Assembly: GCA_963745075.1 (NCBI GenBank)
Contig: CAVUWV010000024.1
Location: 64,001 to 128,000 of the forward strand
DNA: 64,000 nt
Source: Candidatus Hydrogenedentota bacterium
Lineage (GTDB): Bacteria > Hydrogenedentota > Hydrogenedentia > Hydrogenedentales > SLHB01
Direction of reading: 5' to 3'
In this document: positions 30,689-41,700 of the stretch, piece after piece
How the letters are laid out: the number at the start of each line of letters is the position of its first letter
Position numbering within the stretch: position 1 is the first letter of the stretch
The notes under the pieces: model-generated
Database searches by the model: none
Told to the model about the DNA's origin: nothing
What the model saw: only the letters and a program-made list of their open reading frames with translations
Made by a program: the position numbers and the translations under genes

Positions 30689-32680
30689 ATGACGAAAGCG
30701 ATGGCGATTCTGGCGACCTGCTTTGTGGTGATCCTTGCCGCCCACGCCGAGGATAATCAGCCGCTCGACCCGGTCATGACCGACGGCACGACCGATGCCG
30801 GCACCTATCGCATCAAGCCCGATACGGCCATTTCCGGCGTTTACGGCACGTGGACCGTTACCTACACCGTGGGTTCAAAAGGTATTGCCGAGGGTGGTGG
30901 AATTCGTGTGCAACTCCCCGACGAAATGCACGCGGGACCACGAAACAGCGCCGACCGCTTGCAGACCGTCGACCCCGCGGCCGACCACTATATCACCGGG
31001 TCCTGCTCGCGCAAGGACGTGGAGTTGCACACGTTGGTCGAGCACGAAGTCGAAAACGAACTCGTAAAGAACGCCAAGCCGTCTCTCGACGGTCGCTTCG
31101 AGCGCTACGTATTCGTCGTACGCGCGCAAGTGACGCACGGCGCATTGCAGGAAGGCGATACCATATCCGTCGTCTACGGCGACACAAGCGGCGGCAGCCG
31201 CGGCTATCGTGCGGGCGAAGTATCCACGTCGTCCTTGCCGGTGTTGCTGGCCGTGGACGCCGATGGCACGAATTCGTTCCGTCTCCATACCGCGCCGCCC
31301 ACGCTGCGCATCGATCCCGGACCCGCGGCACTCATGCTGCTGCATGCGCCGTCGCAGGCGGAAGCCGGCCGACTCACGCGTATCCTCGTTTCCCTGCTCG
31401 ACGCCGAAAACAACCCGGTACACCAACCCGGTCGCGTTCGAGTCAGCGTGGATTCCGGCGAAGCGAAAGCGCCGGAAATCGTGGACGTGCCCCCGAACAA
31501 GGGCTACGCTGAGTTCGAAGTGACGCCTTCCACCACCGGCACGCTGCGTCTGCACGCCTGGGCCGATGACCAAAATCTAAGCGCAATCTCCAATCCCTGC
31601 CTTGTCTCCAAACAAATGCCGGAAATGCAGGTGCTCTGGGGCGAGTTGCACTCCCATTCCCACTACAGTTGGGACGGCGTCGGCTACGACAACTTCGACT
31701 ACGCGCGTTATACGACCGGCCTCGACTTCTATGCCATGACCGACCACTCCAACGAACCCGATCCCCAAGGGACGAAGGGTCTGTATTCGGGAATCTGGGA
31801 CGAGTACAACAAGAAGACGGAGAAGTACAACGATCCGCCGGCGTTTATCACCATCCACGCCTACGAGTGCTCCTTCGGCACGCCCTACGGCCATCACAAC
31901 GTGTTCTTTCGCGGCGAACCGGGAGCACTGTTGAATCCGCAAACCGCGACGCTCCCCGAATTGTGGAAGGCCTTGGAAACAGGTAGTGCGTTGACGATCC
32001 CTCATCACACGGGCAAGTTCCCGAAGAACATCGATTTCAGCGTTCACGACCCCGAGCTGCGCAGGAATTTCGAAATCTACTCCGGACACGGCCTCAGCGA
32101 AGCCTACAATCCGGACCATCCGCTGTCCTTTGAACACAGTTGGTTCACGTCAGATTCGGTCAGCAAGAAAGAGCCGTCCTACGCCCAAGACGTGTGGGCC
32201 CGTGGCATCTACCTTTCCACCGTGGCCTCGTCGGACGACCACCGCGCGCAGCCGGGTAAGCCCTTCTATGGTCTCACTGCCGTTCGTGCCACGGATCGAA
32301 CTCGCGACGCCGTCTTCCAGGCCTTGTACGACCGCCGCACCTACGGGACCACCGGCGCCAAGATTATCCTCGACTTCACGCTTAACGGCCAACCCATGGG
32401 CTCCATTCTGGATTCCGCCGACATCGCCAAAATCCAGATACAAGCGATCGGCACGGATATCATCTCCAGCGTAGAACTTCTCCGCCACCAACCCGGGGAG
32501 GATGCTTTCACCGTCATCCAATCCTGGGAACCCGATGCGCTCGAGTTTTCGGGCGGGTTCGTAGACGAAGCCTGCGCCCCCGGCAGCGTGTACTACATGC
32601 GGTTGCGCCAGGCTAACGACATCGGAGGCCGCATTGTTATGGCGTGGTCCTCGCCCATCTGGATACGAGGCAACGGCTAA
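30689..32680 (+). CDS. Secreted PHP-like metallohydrolase (DUF3604 / CehA-McbA-like)
   Basis: Signal peptide; WGELHSHS..S.DG, TDH, GHHN, IPHH, EIYSGHG, SSDDH, RRTYGTTG and AWSSPIW. Confidence 0.8.
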   Translation: MTKAMAILATCFVVILAAHAEDNQPLDPVMTDGTTDAGTYRIKPDTAISGVYGTWTVTYTVGSKGIAEGGGIRVQLPDEMHAGPRNSADRLQTVDPAADHYITGSCSRKDVELHTLVEHEVENELVKNAKPSLDGRFERYVFVVRAQVTHGALQEGDTISVVYGDTSGGSRGYRAGEVSTSSLPVLLAVDADGTNSFRLHTAPPTLRIDPGPAALMLLHAPSQAEAGRLTRILVSLLDAENNPVHQPGRVRVSVDSGEAKAPEIVDVPPNKGYAEFEVTPSTTGTLRLHAWADDQNLSAISNPCLVSKQMPEMQVLWGELHSHSHYSWDGVGYDNFDYARYTTGLDFYAMTDHSNEPDPQGTKGLYSGIWDEYNKKTEKYNDPPAFITIHAYECSFGTPYGHHNVFFRGEPGALLNPQTATLPELWKALETGSALTIPHHTGKFPKNIDFSVHDPELRRNFEIYSGHGLSEAYNPDHPLSFEHSWFTSDSVSKKEPSYAQDVWARGIYLSTVASSDDHRAQPGKPFYGLTAVRATDRTRDAVFQALYDRRTYGTTGAKIILDFTLNGQPMGSILDSADIAKIQIQAIGTDIISSVELLRHQPGEDAFTVIQSWEPDALEFSGGFVDEACAPGSVYYMRLRQANDIGGRIVMAWSSPIWIRGNG

Positions 32681-32682
32681 AC

Positions 32683-32704
32683 GTAGCGCAGGCGTCCCGC
32701 CTGC
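32683..32704 (+). repeat. REP family A single copy
   Basis: GTAG-C-GCAGGCG-TCC-CGCCTGC, 3 nt after the stop codon at 32680. Confidence 0.75.
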
Positions 32705-32726
32705 TTCTTGACGTAAGGAGACGACA

Positions 32727-34037
32727 ATGCACAACGAGATCACGCGACGGACCTTCGTCGGCACTGGTGTTGCTGTGGCAGTGGGTGCGGCCACATCCCG
32801 ATCCGCGACTGCACAAGCAGCAAGCGCGAACGACAAAGTCCGCCTGGGTTTCATCGGCGTAGGCAACCGGGGCAGCCAGTTGTTGGACGCCTTTCTTGAA
32901 CAGCCCGACATGGAAGTCGCCGCGATCTGCGATATCTATCAACCCTATGTGGACCGCGCGAAGAAGAGATTGGGCGACGGGGTGACCCCGTATACCGATT
33001 TTCGCAAGCTCATCGATAACAAAGACATTGATGCGGTGGTCATCGCGACGCCCGACCACTGGCACGCCATCCAATGCATTACCGCCTGCGACGCCGGAAA
33101 GGACGTCTACTGCGAGAAGCCCCTGTCCATCACCATCCACGAAGGACGCCGCATGGTCGAGGCCGCGCGCCGCAACGATCGCGTGGTCCAAGTCGGCACC
33201 CACCGGCGCTCCTCACCGCTCTATCACCGCCTGGCGGAAATCGTGCAAAGTGGCAAGATCGGCTACGTCACCGTGGCGCGCTGCTACCGTTTAAGCAACA
33301 TGTACCCCGACGGCATCGGTAAGATGCCCACTTCGGAACCGCCCGCCGATCTCGATTGGGACATGTGGCTCGGCCCGCGCCCGTTCCGTCCCTATCAGGA
33401 CAACATCTGTCCCTACAACTTCCGCTGGTGGCGACAGTACTCGTCGCAAATGGGGAACTGGGGCGTCCACTACCTCGACGCGATCCGCTGGATGACCGGT
33501 GAACTCGCCCCTGCGTCGATCTGCGCCATGGGCGGCCGGTTCGTAGTCGACGACGACCGCACCATCCCCGACACGTTGGAGGCCAACTTCCAGTTCGCGT
33601 CAGGCCGTCTCGCCATCTTCGGACAATACGAAGCCAGCGGCGCGCCCGCCATGCGCAAGGGCGAGGTCGAACTGCGCGGAACGCTTGGAACGGCATATTC
33701 TTCGGGCCCGAGCTTTGAGATCGTCCCCGAGCGCGGCGGCCAGTTCCAGGATTCCGAGCCCCGCATGGAACCGATAGCCGACAAGGATTCAGGCAGCAAT
33801 GCCGACCTGACCGCGATGCACGCCCGCAACTTCCTGGATTGCGTGAAGTCCCGTGAAAAGCCCAACGCAGACGTCGAAATCGGTCACCGGTCCACGAGTT
33901 TCAGTCTGCTCGCGAACATTTCCTTGGCCACACAGTTACGCCTCGAATGGGACGCCGAAAACGAAATCATCACCAACAGCAAAGAAGCCAACGACCTGCT
34001 CCACTACGAATACCGCAAGCCGTGGACGTTGGCATAG
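32727..34037 (+). CDS. Tat-exported Gfo/Idh/MocA oxidoreductase
   Basis: TRRTFVG; IGVGNRG, ATPDHWH, DVYCEKP, WDMWLGP and NWGVHYLD; AAGGAG RBS. Confidence 0.92.
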   Translation: MHNEITRRTFVGTGVAVAVGAATSRSATAQAASANDKVRLGFIGVGNRGSQLLDAFLEQPDMEVAAICDIYQPYVDRAKKRLGDGVTPYTDFRKLIDNKDIDAVVIATPDHWHAIQCITACDAGKDVYCEKPLSITIHEGRRMVEAARRNDRVVQVGTHRRSSPLYHRLAEIVQSGKIGYVTVARCYRLSNMYPDGIGKMPTSEPPADLDWDMWLGPRPFRPYQDNICPYNFRWWRQYSSQMGNWGVHYLDAIRWMTGELAPASICAMGGRFVVDDDRTIPDTLEANFQFASGRLAIFGQYEASGAPAMRKGEVELRGTLGTAYSSGPSFEIVPERGGQFQDSEPRMEPIADKDSGSNADLTAMHARNFLDCVKSREKPNADVEIGHRSTSFSLLANISLATQLRLEWDAENEIITNSKEANDLLHYEYRKPWTLA

Positions 34038-34051
34038 GCGAAGGTATAGTG

Positions 34052-35746
34052 ATGAATTCAGAGACAGCAGGGACGACAGAGACAGCAGGGACGACAGGGA
34101 CAGCAGGGATAGTAGTGACGACAGGGACGGCAATGACTACAACGGGGGTGGCGGCTGGGCGGATACCTGGCCCGCGCGGCTTCCTGAGTCGAGCATTCCG
34201 CTCGACTATCCCATACGTCCTATTGGTCCTATATGTCCCATTCTTCGCCGCAGCCCAAGATCTACCATCCAACACCCTCGATCTCGTCATGCGTAGCCGC
34301 GCCGAGACCCCTGAAGGCCGGCTCGACTTCACGTACAAGACCGTCCATTGGGACCCCAAAAAGACCGCCATCATCGTGTGCGACATGTGGAATACCCTCC
34401 GCGCCGACGTGGTAGCCGCGCGAGTGGGGGAGATGGCCCCGCGCATGAACGAAGTGCTGAACGCCGCCCGCGCCCGCGGCGTTACTATCGTTCACGCGCC
34501 CAGCGGCTGCATGGACTACTACGCCGATTGGCCCCAGCGCAAACGTTGTTTGGACGCGCCGAAAGTGAAGACGGTCGTTCCCCTGCAATGGAACGCCCTG
34601 AACCCCGACCGCGAGCCCCCCTTACCCATCGATGACTCCGACGGCGGTTGGGAAGGCAATGTAGTTGAAGGGCCGCCACCGCAAACCCACGAGCATGACG
34701 CCATCAAGATTGCGGACGAAGATGCCATCGGCGAAGGCGCGGAGATCTATCCCTACCTCGTCCAGCAGGGCATCGAGAATGTCATTCTTCTCGGCGTGCA
34801 CACCAACATGTGCGTGCTGGGCCGCCCTTTTGGCATTCGCCAAATGGTCTACCTCGGCAGGAACGTGGCCCTCATGCGCGACATGACGGACACGCTGTAC
34901 AACCCCGCAATGCCGCCGAAGGTCAGCCACGTGCGCGGTAAGGAACTGGTGGTGGAACACATCGAGAAGTACTGGTGTCCGACCTTCACCAGTACCGACC
35001 TGTTGCACAAACCGGCCTTTCGCCTCGCCGAGGACAAGCGGCCGCACGTCTCGTTTATCGTGAGCGACGACCACTACGACGCCGACAAAACACTGCCGCG
35101 TTTTGCTCAGCGTCTCCGCGAGAAACATGGCGTCTACTGCACCGTTCTTCACGGCCAGGGACAGCCGGATATTCCGGATCTCGCCGAACTGGAAACGACC
35201 GACGCCGTGGTTATTCTCGTTCGTAGGCTCGGCCTTCCCTCGGACCAAATCGCGGCCATCCGCGACTACGTCAACCACGGCGGCGCCGTCGTAGGCCTCC
35301 GCACTGCCAGCCACGCCTTCAAGATGAACTACAAAGATCCCCCGGGCTTCCAGGTTCCCGAAGACCATGCAGAATGGCCGGACTTCGACGCAGAAGTTCT
35401 GGGCGGTAACTACCACAATCACGGCCCGAACGAGCTCGGGACGGACGTGCAAATCGTTCCCGCGATGAAGTCCCACCCCATACTCGCGAATATTCCGTCG
35501 GACACTTGGCACAGCACCGGTTCCCTCTATTTCACAAGCCCCGTTACCAAAGACGCCACCGTTCTTATGATGGGTTCCAACGGGAAGCAGACCGAACCCC
35601 TCACGTGGGTGCGGGAACACGACGGCGGACGGGTCTTCTACAGCGGCCTGGGCCACCCCGACGATTTCAATCAACCCGAATTCATCACGCTGCTGACCAA
35701 CGCGATTTTCTGGGCGATGGACAAACCTTCCCCCGAAGCCGACTGA
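34052..35746 (+). CDS. Isochorismatase-like (cysteine hydrolase) domain fused to ThuA-like domain, probably secreted
   Basis: IIVCDMW, HAPS and GVHTNMCVLGR; GLRTASHAF, LGGNY..H and RVFYSGLGHP. The start is uncertain because the N-terminus is repeat-derived. Confidence 0.82.
   Translation: MNSETAGTTETAGTTGTAGIVVTTGTAMTTTGVAAGRIPGPRGFLSRAFRSTIPYVLLVLYVPFFAAAQDLPSNTLDLVMRSRAETPEGRLDFTYKTVHWDPKKTAIIVCDMWNTLRADVVAARVGEMAPRMNEVLNAARARGVTIVHAPSGCMDYYADWPQRKRCLDAPKVKTVVPLQWNALNPDREPPLPIDDSDGGWEGNVVEGPPPQTHEHDAIKIADEDAIGEGAEIYPYLVQQGIENVILLGVHTNMCVLGRPFGIRQMVYLGRNVALMRDMTDTLYNPAMPPKVSHVRGKELVVEHIEKYWCPTFTSTDLLHKPAFRLAEDKRPHVSFIVSDDHYDADKTLPRFAQRLREKHGVYCTVLHGQGQPDIPDLAELETTDAVVILVRRLGLPSDQIAAIRDYVNHGGAVVGLRTASHAFKMNYKDPPGFQVPEDHAEWPDFDAEVLGGNYHNHGPNELGTDVQIVPAMKSHPILANIPSDTWHSTGSLYFTSPVTKDATVLMMGSNGKQTEPLTWVREHDGGRVFYSGLGHPDDFNQPEFITLLTNAIFWAMDKPSPEAD
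34063..34243. repeat. Two facing arrays of degenerate 9-bp repeats (GTCC-N5 type)
   Basis: Nine units GACAGCAGG/GACGACAGG-like at 34063-34143 (GTCC-N5 on the minus strand) and four units ATCCCATAC GTCCTATTG GTCCTATAT GTCCCATTC at 34208-34243. Confidence 0.8.
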
Positions 35747-35803
35747 GGTTTTCTTGCGCGAATACGCCCCTGCGGCCAACTGAAACCGCTTCAGGTCGAG
35801 TTA

Positions 35804-35839
35804 GTCTATACTGTCCATCCAGTCCATATCGTCCATTTC
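35804..35839 (+). repeat. 9-bp tandem repeat, 4 units
   Basis: GTCTATACT GTCCATCCA GTCCATATC GTCCATTTC. Confidence 0.75.
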
Positions 35840-35962
35840 ATCGCAGACACGACAAGTTGAAGTCCTCTTCACGCTCGGATAAGATCAGCGTTTCTCGGAA
35901 TTCCCCCGGCTACAACCGGATTTCGCGTATCATTTGACCAATTGCACGAAGGAGTTACGACC

Positions 35963-37054
35963 ATGGCAGAGCGCGTGTATAACTTTTCAGCCGGCCCGGC
36001 GACCTTGCCGTTGCCCGCCCTGGAGGAGGCCCAGAAGAATCTCTTGGTATATCCGGGGGCTGGCGCGTCCGTCATGGAAATCAGCCACCGTTCCAAGCAG
36101 TTCGCCGAGGTTTTGGCGGGAGCGAAGGAAAACGTCCAGAAACTCCTGAACCTGCCCGACAACTACAAGGTGTTGTTCGTTCAGGGCGGCGCCTCGTTGC
36201 AATTCTCCATGATTCCCATGAATTTCCTGGGGCAGGGGGAGGGTGCCGACTATATCCTCACCGGCTCGTGGGGCAACAAAGCCATCAAAGAAGCCAAGAA
36301 ACAAGGCGATGTAAGCATCGCGTGGAATGGAAAAGACGAGGGCTTCAACCGATTGCCGCAGCAGGATGAATTGCAACTGAATCCCAAGGCCGCCTATTGC
36401 CACTTCACGTCGAACGAGACCATCGAAGGCGTCGAGTTCCTCGTCGAACCCGAAACCGGCGATGTGCCTCTGATATGCGATGCGTCCTCAGACTTTCTGT
36501 CGCGGCCCTTGCCCATCGAAAAGTACGGCCTCATCTACGCCGGTGCTCAGAAGAACATCGGTCCCGCAGGCGTGGCCCTGGTAATCATCCGCGACGATCT
36601 CTTGGAATTGGTGCCGGAAGGCCTGCCGTCCGTGCTTGATTACAAGCTCACCGCCGAGAATGACTCGCTCTATAACACGCCACCGTGTTTCGCCATCTAC
36701 ATGGTCAAATTGGTGACCCAGTGGCTATTGGACGAAGTCGGCGGGTTGGACGATGTCGCCAAGTTGAACAAGAAAAAAGCGCGTCTGCTCTACACCACCA
36801 TCGACGGCAGCGGCGGGTTCTATAAGGGACACGCTCAGAAGGAAGCCCGCTCGGTCATGAACGTGACGTGGCGGTTGCCCAGCGAAGAACTCGAGGCGCA
36901 ATTCGTCAAAGAAGCCACCCAGGCCGGTCTCCACGGTCTGAAAGGCCACCGTTCCGTGGGCGGAATCCGCGCGTCGATCTACAACGCCATGTCCGTTGAA
37001 GGCGTCGAAGCCTTGGCCGACTTCATGACGGAATTTCGCGCCAAGAACTGCTAA
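35963..37054 (+). CDS. serC: Phosphoserine aminotransferase
   Basis: YNFSAGPATLP, SVMEISHRS, QGGASLQF, NETIEG, YAGAQKN.GP.G, NTPP and GHRSVGGIRASIYNA; AAGGAG RBS. Confidence 0.97.
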   Translation: MAERVYNFSAGPATLPLPALEEAQKNLLVYPGAGASVMEISHRSKQFAEVLAGAKENVQKLLNLPDNYKVLFVQGGASLQFSMIPMNFLGQGEGADYILTGSWGNKAIKEAKKQGDVSIAWNGKDEGFNRLPQQDELQLNPKAAYCHFTSNETIEGVEFLVEPETGDVPLICDASSDFLSRPLPIEKYGLIYAGAQKNIGPAGVALVIIRDDLLELVPEGLPSVLDYKLTAENDSLYNTPPCFAIYMVKLVTQWLLDEVGGLDDVAKLNKKKARLLYTTIDGSGGFYKGHAQKEARSVMNVTWRLPSEELEAQFVKEATQAGLHGLKGHRSVGGIRASIYNAMSVEGVEALADFMTEFRAKNC

Positions 37055-38022
37055 TGCAGTAGATGTTTCGCCGCCGCGAGTCCGGATAACGCCGCGCCTT
37101 CCACGCGAGGCCCCCCGAACGCGTCTCCCGCGAAGGCAATCGGCGCCGGTTGCGCCGTGTAGACGCACGGCGCCGGGTACACCCGTGTCGGCTGACTGTA
37201 CCGCCAGCGATGGACCTGGGAATCGACCACCTTGGCACCGAGCCACGGCTCCGCCGCCCCTATCAGCACTTCCGCCACCGACGCCGGATCTTCGTCGAAA
37301 TACTGCCGTGAAAAGTTCGGGTTTCCGTGGATCGTCACGTTGTGGTGGCCGGGTGAAATGCCCTTCGTTTCGTTGTCCGCCATCCATGCGATTCGATCGT
37401 GAGGCATGCGTATACCGCCCGGATCGGGAATCTTGCTCGGACCGTCCAGCGTGACAAGCACGGCGAAACAAGGGTCGTATTCGATCTGGTCCAAGGCGGC
37501 CTTGGCGTCACTCGGGAGCGTCGTTCCGCCGGCTTCCAGTATCTCCAACGATTGAGGCACGGGCGGCGTCAGGAGGAGACGTTTGCCCGAAAGCGCCTGA
37601 CCCTCGGCAGTCTGTAGCTTCCAACAACCTCCGTCGACGGAAGCAGCGGTCACGCCATCCGAGAGATGAATATCCAATCCTTTCGCCAGGTATTTCGGAA
37701 TAGCCGTCATGCCGGAAACGCCGCAATACCGGGGGTATCCATCCGGTTGGATGAAGCCGTCGCCGCTGGCAAATCCGTGGCCCCATTCGCGAGCGATACC
37801 CCGAGCGGCCCACTCGTCGACCAACTCCTTGAACCGGGGATCCTGTGCGGTGAAGAATTGTGCGCCGTGGTCGAAAACGCCGTCGCCCACGCGGCGCGTA
37901 GCCATGCGGCCGCCGACCCCGCGCGCTTTGTCCAGCACGACGACCATCTGCCCGTTTCTTTGCAACTCTTGTGCCGCGAGCAATCCCGCGATTCCCGCTC
38001 CAACTACAATACAATCGTGCAT
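37051..38022 (-). CDS. Renalase-like FAD/NAD(P)-dependent oxidoreductase
   Basis: VGAGIAGL, DKARGVGGRMATRR, FDHGAQFFT, HRWRYS and AGD...VEGAALSG. Confidence 0.9.
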   Translation of the reverse strand: MHDCIVVGAGIAGLLAAQELQRNGQMVVVLDKARGVGGRMATRRVGDGVFDHGAQFFTAQDPRFKELVDEWAARGIAREWGHGFASGDGFIQPDGYPRYCGVSGMTAIPKYLAKGLDIHLSDGVTAASVDGGCWKLQTAEGQALSGKRLLLTPPVPQSLEILEAGGTTLPSDAKAALDQIEYDPCFAVLVTLDGPSKIPDPGGIRMPHDRIAWMADNETKGISPGHHNVTIHGNPNFSRQYFDEDPASVAEVLIGAAEPWLGAKVVDSQVHRWRYSQPTRVYPAPCVYTAQPAPIAFAGDAFGGPRVEGAALSGLAAAKHLLH

Positions 38023-38185
38023 AGTTCCCTGATTCCTGCCGCCAAAGTTTCTTTGCTTCGCCAAAAAACTGTCCGCACTATGCCAGATCGTTCATGCGGA
38101 AAGGTAGATACTGACCCGAGAACTCCTCCCGTAACGCCATCCATAGACCGGAGCCGATTGCTACTTCGCGGCTGAGTTTTCTCGA

Positions 38186-38695
38186 TCACCGATTCATGTA
38201 CCATACGGTTGCGTTCAGCACGCCGGCAAACGCAACCCATGCCAGATACGGTGCTATGAGGGCGGCCGCGGCATTTCGGATTCGTGCGAACGCGACCAAC
38301 GTCGCGAGAATCAGCAGCCACAGTCCGATCAATTCTACCAGTGCTGCGCCGGGACTCTGCAGGCCGAAGAAGAGTACCGACCACATCAAGTTCAGGGCTA
38401 ACTGGCAAACCCACAGTCCCAGGGGAACTGCACCCTTGCGAATGCCCGACCGAAGATACACGAGCCATGCGGCCACGGCCATGAGAAAATAGAGCACCGT
38501 CCATACCGCGCCAATCACGCTGCCCGGCGGGGTCCAGGCCGGCTTGGCGATCGTCTGATACCAGGTATCGACAGAACTCGACGTGGCAATGCCGCCGACC
38601 GCCGCCGCTCCGTAGCTCATCGCGAGGAATGCGACCAGCATCGCACCATTTCGGATCAATTCTTCGGTTCGCTTCACGTCGCCCTTTTCAGCCAT
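38186..38695 (-). CDS. tspO: TspO/MBR family tryptophan-rich sensory protein
   Basis: WYQTIAKPAWTPP, VWTVLY, QLALNLMWS.LFFG and PYLAWV.FA. Confidence 0.92.
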   Translation of the reverse strand: MAEKGDVKRTEELIRNGAMLVAFLAMSYGAAAVGGIATSSSVDTWYQTIAKPAWTPPGSVIGAVWTVLYFLMAVAAWLVYLRSGIRKGAVPLGLWVCQLALNLMWSVLFFGLQSPGAALVELIGLWLLILATLVAFARIRNAAAALIAPYLAWVAFAGVLNATVWYMNR

Positions 38696-38728
38696 AGCGC
38701 GGATACCTCGCAATTGCTGGTGCGCCTG

Positions 38729-41700
38729 CTATCCCTCGTTCCACGCTGGAAGTGAAACGGTCGCCTGATAATTCGAATAATTATAGAGGGGGTTCCGTTC
38801 CGGCTTGTACAGCCGGCCATCCTTCGGGGAATCGTCTTGCGTGTACACCCAGATTTCGTGCGGGATCCCAAACGACCACTTCATCCCGGCAATCGCCCGT
38901 GATGTCAAGCACCGCATTGCACATATCGGGATGGCCGTCGGCGGGGAATCGAACCACGCGACGCCCGCGACCGTCGTACATCCCGCCATAGGTCACATTG
39001 GGCGACAGGACGAAGAATTCCTCATCACGTCCCGTCCAGTTGATCGGCAAACACATGCTCCCGTGTTGTACCGGTTCAAAGTCGTAGTAAACATCGCCGT
39101 TCGCGTCGTAGAAATGAATGATGCCCTGGTTGCCCCAGAAGTTGATGGACACGGTTTCCAGTCCCGGAAGATCATCGCGAAAGTTCGCCACTGCCGGATT
39201 CTGAACGTGGCCGAGATAGTGATGCTTGATTACGTTCCCCTGCGTATCCACGAAGAACATGCCTTCGTCGCTCGCCGCACACATGACCCGGGGGCTGTCG
39301 TCGGGCCCGTTGTACCGCACGATCGCAACGCCGTCCGCGTGGTCGTGCATCGTGTCGTCGAGAGTCCACAGCACACGGCCGTCGGGTGCGTACAACGAGT
39401 ATCCGATGGCGAGTTCCTGCTTCCCGTCTCCGTCGATGTCGTAGGCGAACGGGTAATGGCCGGTGTTGCAGGCCCCTTGCCACTCGACCTCCAAGCGGTC
39501 GGTCAACGCCCAGAAATTAAGATAACGGTCCTTCAGGATGATGTCGCTCGCGCGTCCGACCCCACGCAGGTCGCAGAAATAAATGCTGTCGCCCAGAATG
39601 CGGGGGAACTTGTTGTAGGGTTCCGGCGTGGGCGCAGGCATCAAAGGCGTCGGCTGCTTGTATTTCGTTTTGCCCGTCGCCCCGTCGGCCACGACGATTT
39701 CCATGTTCATGCAATAGACGACTTCGTTCGTTCCATCCCCATCCAGGTCGTGAATTTGAAATCCAACGTCGTTGGTCAGGTTGTCTTTCCACGGGTCCGG
39801 CTCGCCAATCTGCCAAAGCATGTCTCCGTCGAAGGTCATGGCCGTCAAACAACTCAACTCACTGTTCCGGTCTTTTGGCCCGTGATGAAGCACCTGACCG
39901 ATCAATACGTCGATCTGCCCGTCGCCGTTCAAATCGCCAAACCGAAGATTACGTCCAACCCCGAAATCCCGCGTGGTAACGCTTTTCCAGAGCACGGGCT
40001 TGGGATTCTCCGCCTGCAACCGCTGTTCCTCGGCTTCCCGTGCGTGCTTCTCCTGCTGAAGCGCTTCAAAGGAGGCATCATTCGTCGTCACGGTTACGTG
40101 TGTATACCGTGCAGGAGGATCCGACATCAGCCCAATTCCGCCCCGCGGAAAGCTGTCGTCTTCCGCCACTAGTGTCAACGTGTCATTCATCGATGCAGTT
40201 ATCCGAGCACCGCGTGCTGTAACGACGGCGTCGAAATACTTGCCGGGCTTCCACGCGAAAGTCTGCTCCGCCAGCACCATTTCCGCAGGCGTACGAAACG
40301 CCGTCGCGTCTTGGACGCGAAGCAGGACCGCCCGTTCACCCTCCACGCCGAAAAAGTAGTAGTTCCGGTCGTTGTGCATGCGGAATGTGACACCGCTCCG
40401 GCCTTTGTCGTCATCCGGCGCGAACCGCACCGACACGGTGTAATCGGTCCAGAGCGGGTCTCCCGTGGTGACCAGTGGGTGCGTGTGTTTTGACTTATTG
40501 CGGTACGTCTGGGCGAGCACGGCGTCTTCGTTCTCACGGATTACCTTCCACGCAAGTTGCGACGCGGGGGATGATGTAAACGCGGAGACCGACCATCCCG
40601 CTTTGGGTTCTGTTTCCCGGACGTAATGGTATTCCGCGTGGGCCCCGACCACGCCGAACAAGTTGCCCGGCGAAAGTCGATCAAATCCATCATCCAGTAA
40701 CGTGACGTTTTTTGACTCGACTTTACCGACGGCGTCGGCGGGATCGGATTCAGTATCCGGAACGACCGCACCGGCAAGCAAAGCGATCGCGCGATTCATT
40801 TCACAATCCGGGTTGCCGCCATCCAATTTACCCCAGTTGCCTTGCGCCGAAGCGAGCACCAGGTTGAGACTCGGAATGATAACCGAGCAGTTCCCGCCGA
40901 ACCCGATAGACATAAACGTGTCGGCCGGTGCGTCCGGCCACGTCATCGCGTCCGGGTGAAGCCGCCCTTTGCCGTTGAACCACCAATTAAATCCGTAAAT
41001 GCCCGCGCCAAACTTCGTGAAGTGGTCGGAGCCTCCACCGTACGAGCCGATGCCGAGGTAATCGTTCGTGTCCGCATCTTTTGTGTGCGGCAGGTCGAAC
41101 GGCGTCTGCGGTTTCATGTACTCATCGAAGAACCGGGCGGGGAGCACTTGCCGTTCGCCCCATTTGCCACGGTTCAACCAGAACCAGGCAATTCGCGCGA
41201 AGTCCCGCACCGACGCTTTGAGTCGTCGTTTCTCTGCGATGAAGTGCAGGCCATCTTCCAGTTGAAGAGCCCCGAACCGCTCCGGCACCGCAGCAATCGC
41301 GTCTGGATCGCCCTGAAACACTTTGTCGAACAGCGTCTTTTGATAAAGCTGAATGGCGAAATCGTTGTACGCCCACGCCGCGCCGGGCGGGTCGGGCCGT
41401 GCGTAGCCGCTCGTCATGGCGCCGAGATGACGAAACGTGATCCCCTGATCTTTGCCTATCAGCGGCCACCCGAACTCGATGATGGGCTGGTCGACGCTCT
41501 TTACCTTGCCTTCCTGGATGGTGAAGAAGAGCAGGGTACTCAGTACTGGCTTCGCCGACGAGAGCCAATCACTTCGTTCCGCCTGGTCCCCCCAGGTCTT
41601 GACCACATAGCCGTCTTTTACAACACATCCCCGACCGCCCAATGCCGATGCCAACGCATCCAAAGCGTCCGCGTCCATGCCCGCCTCCTGGGGCGTGTGC

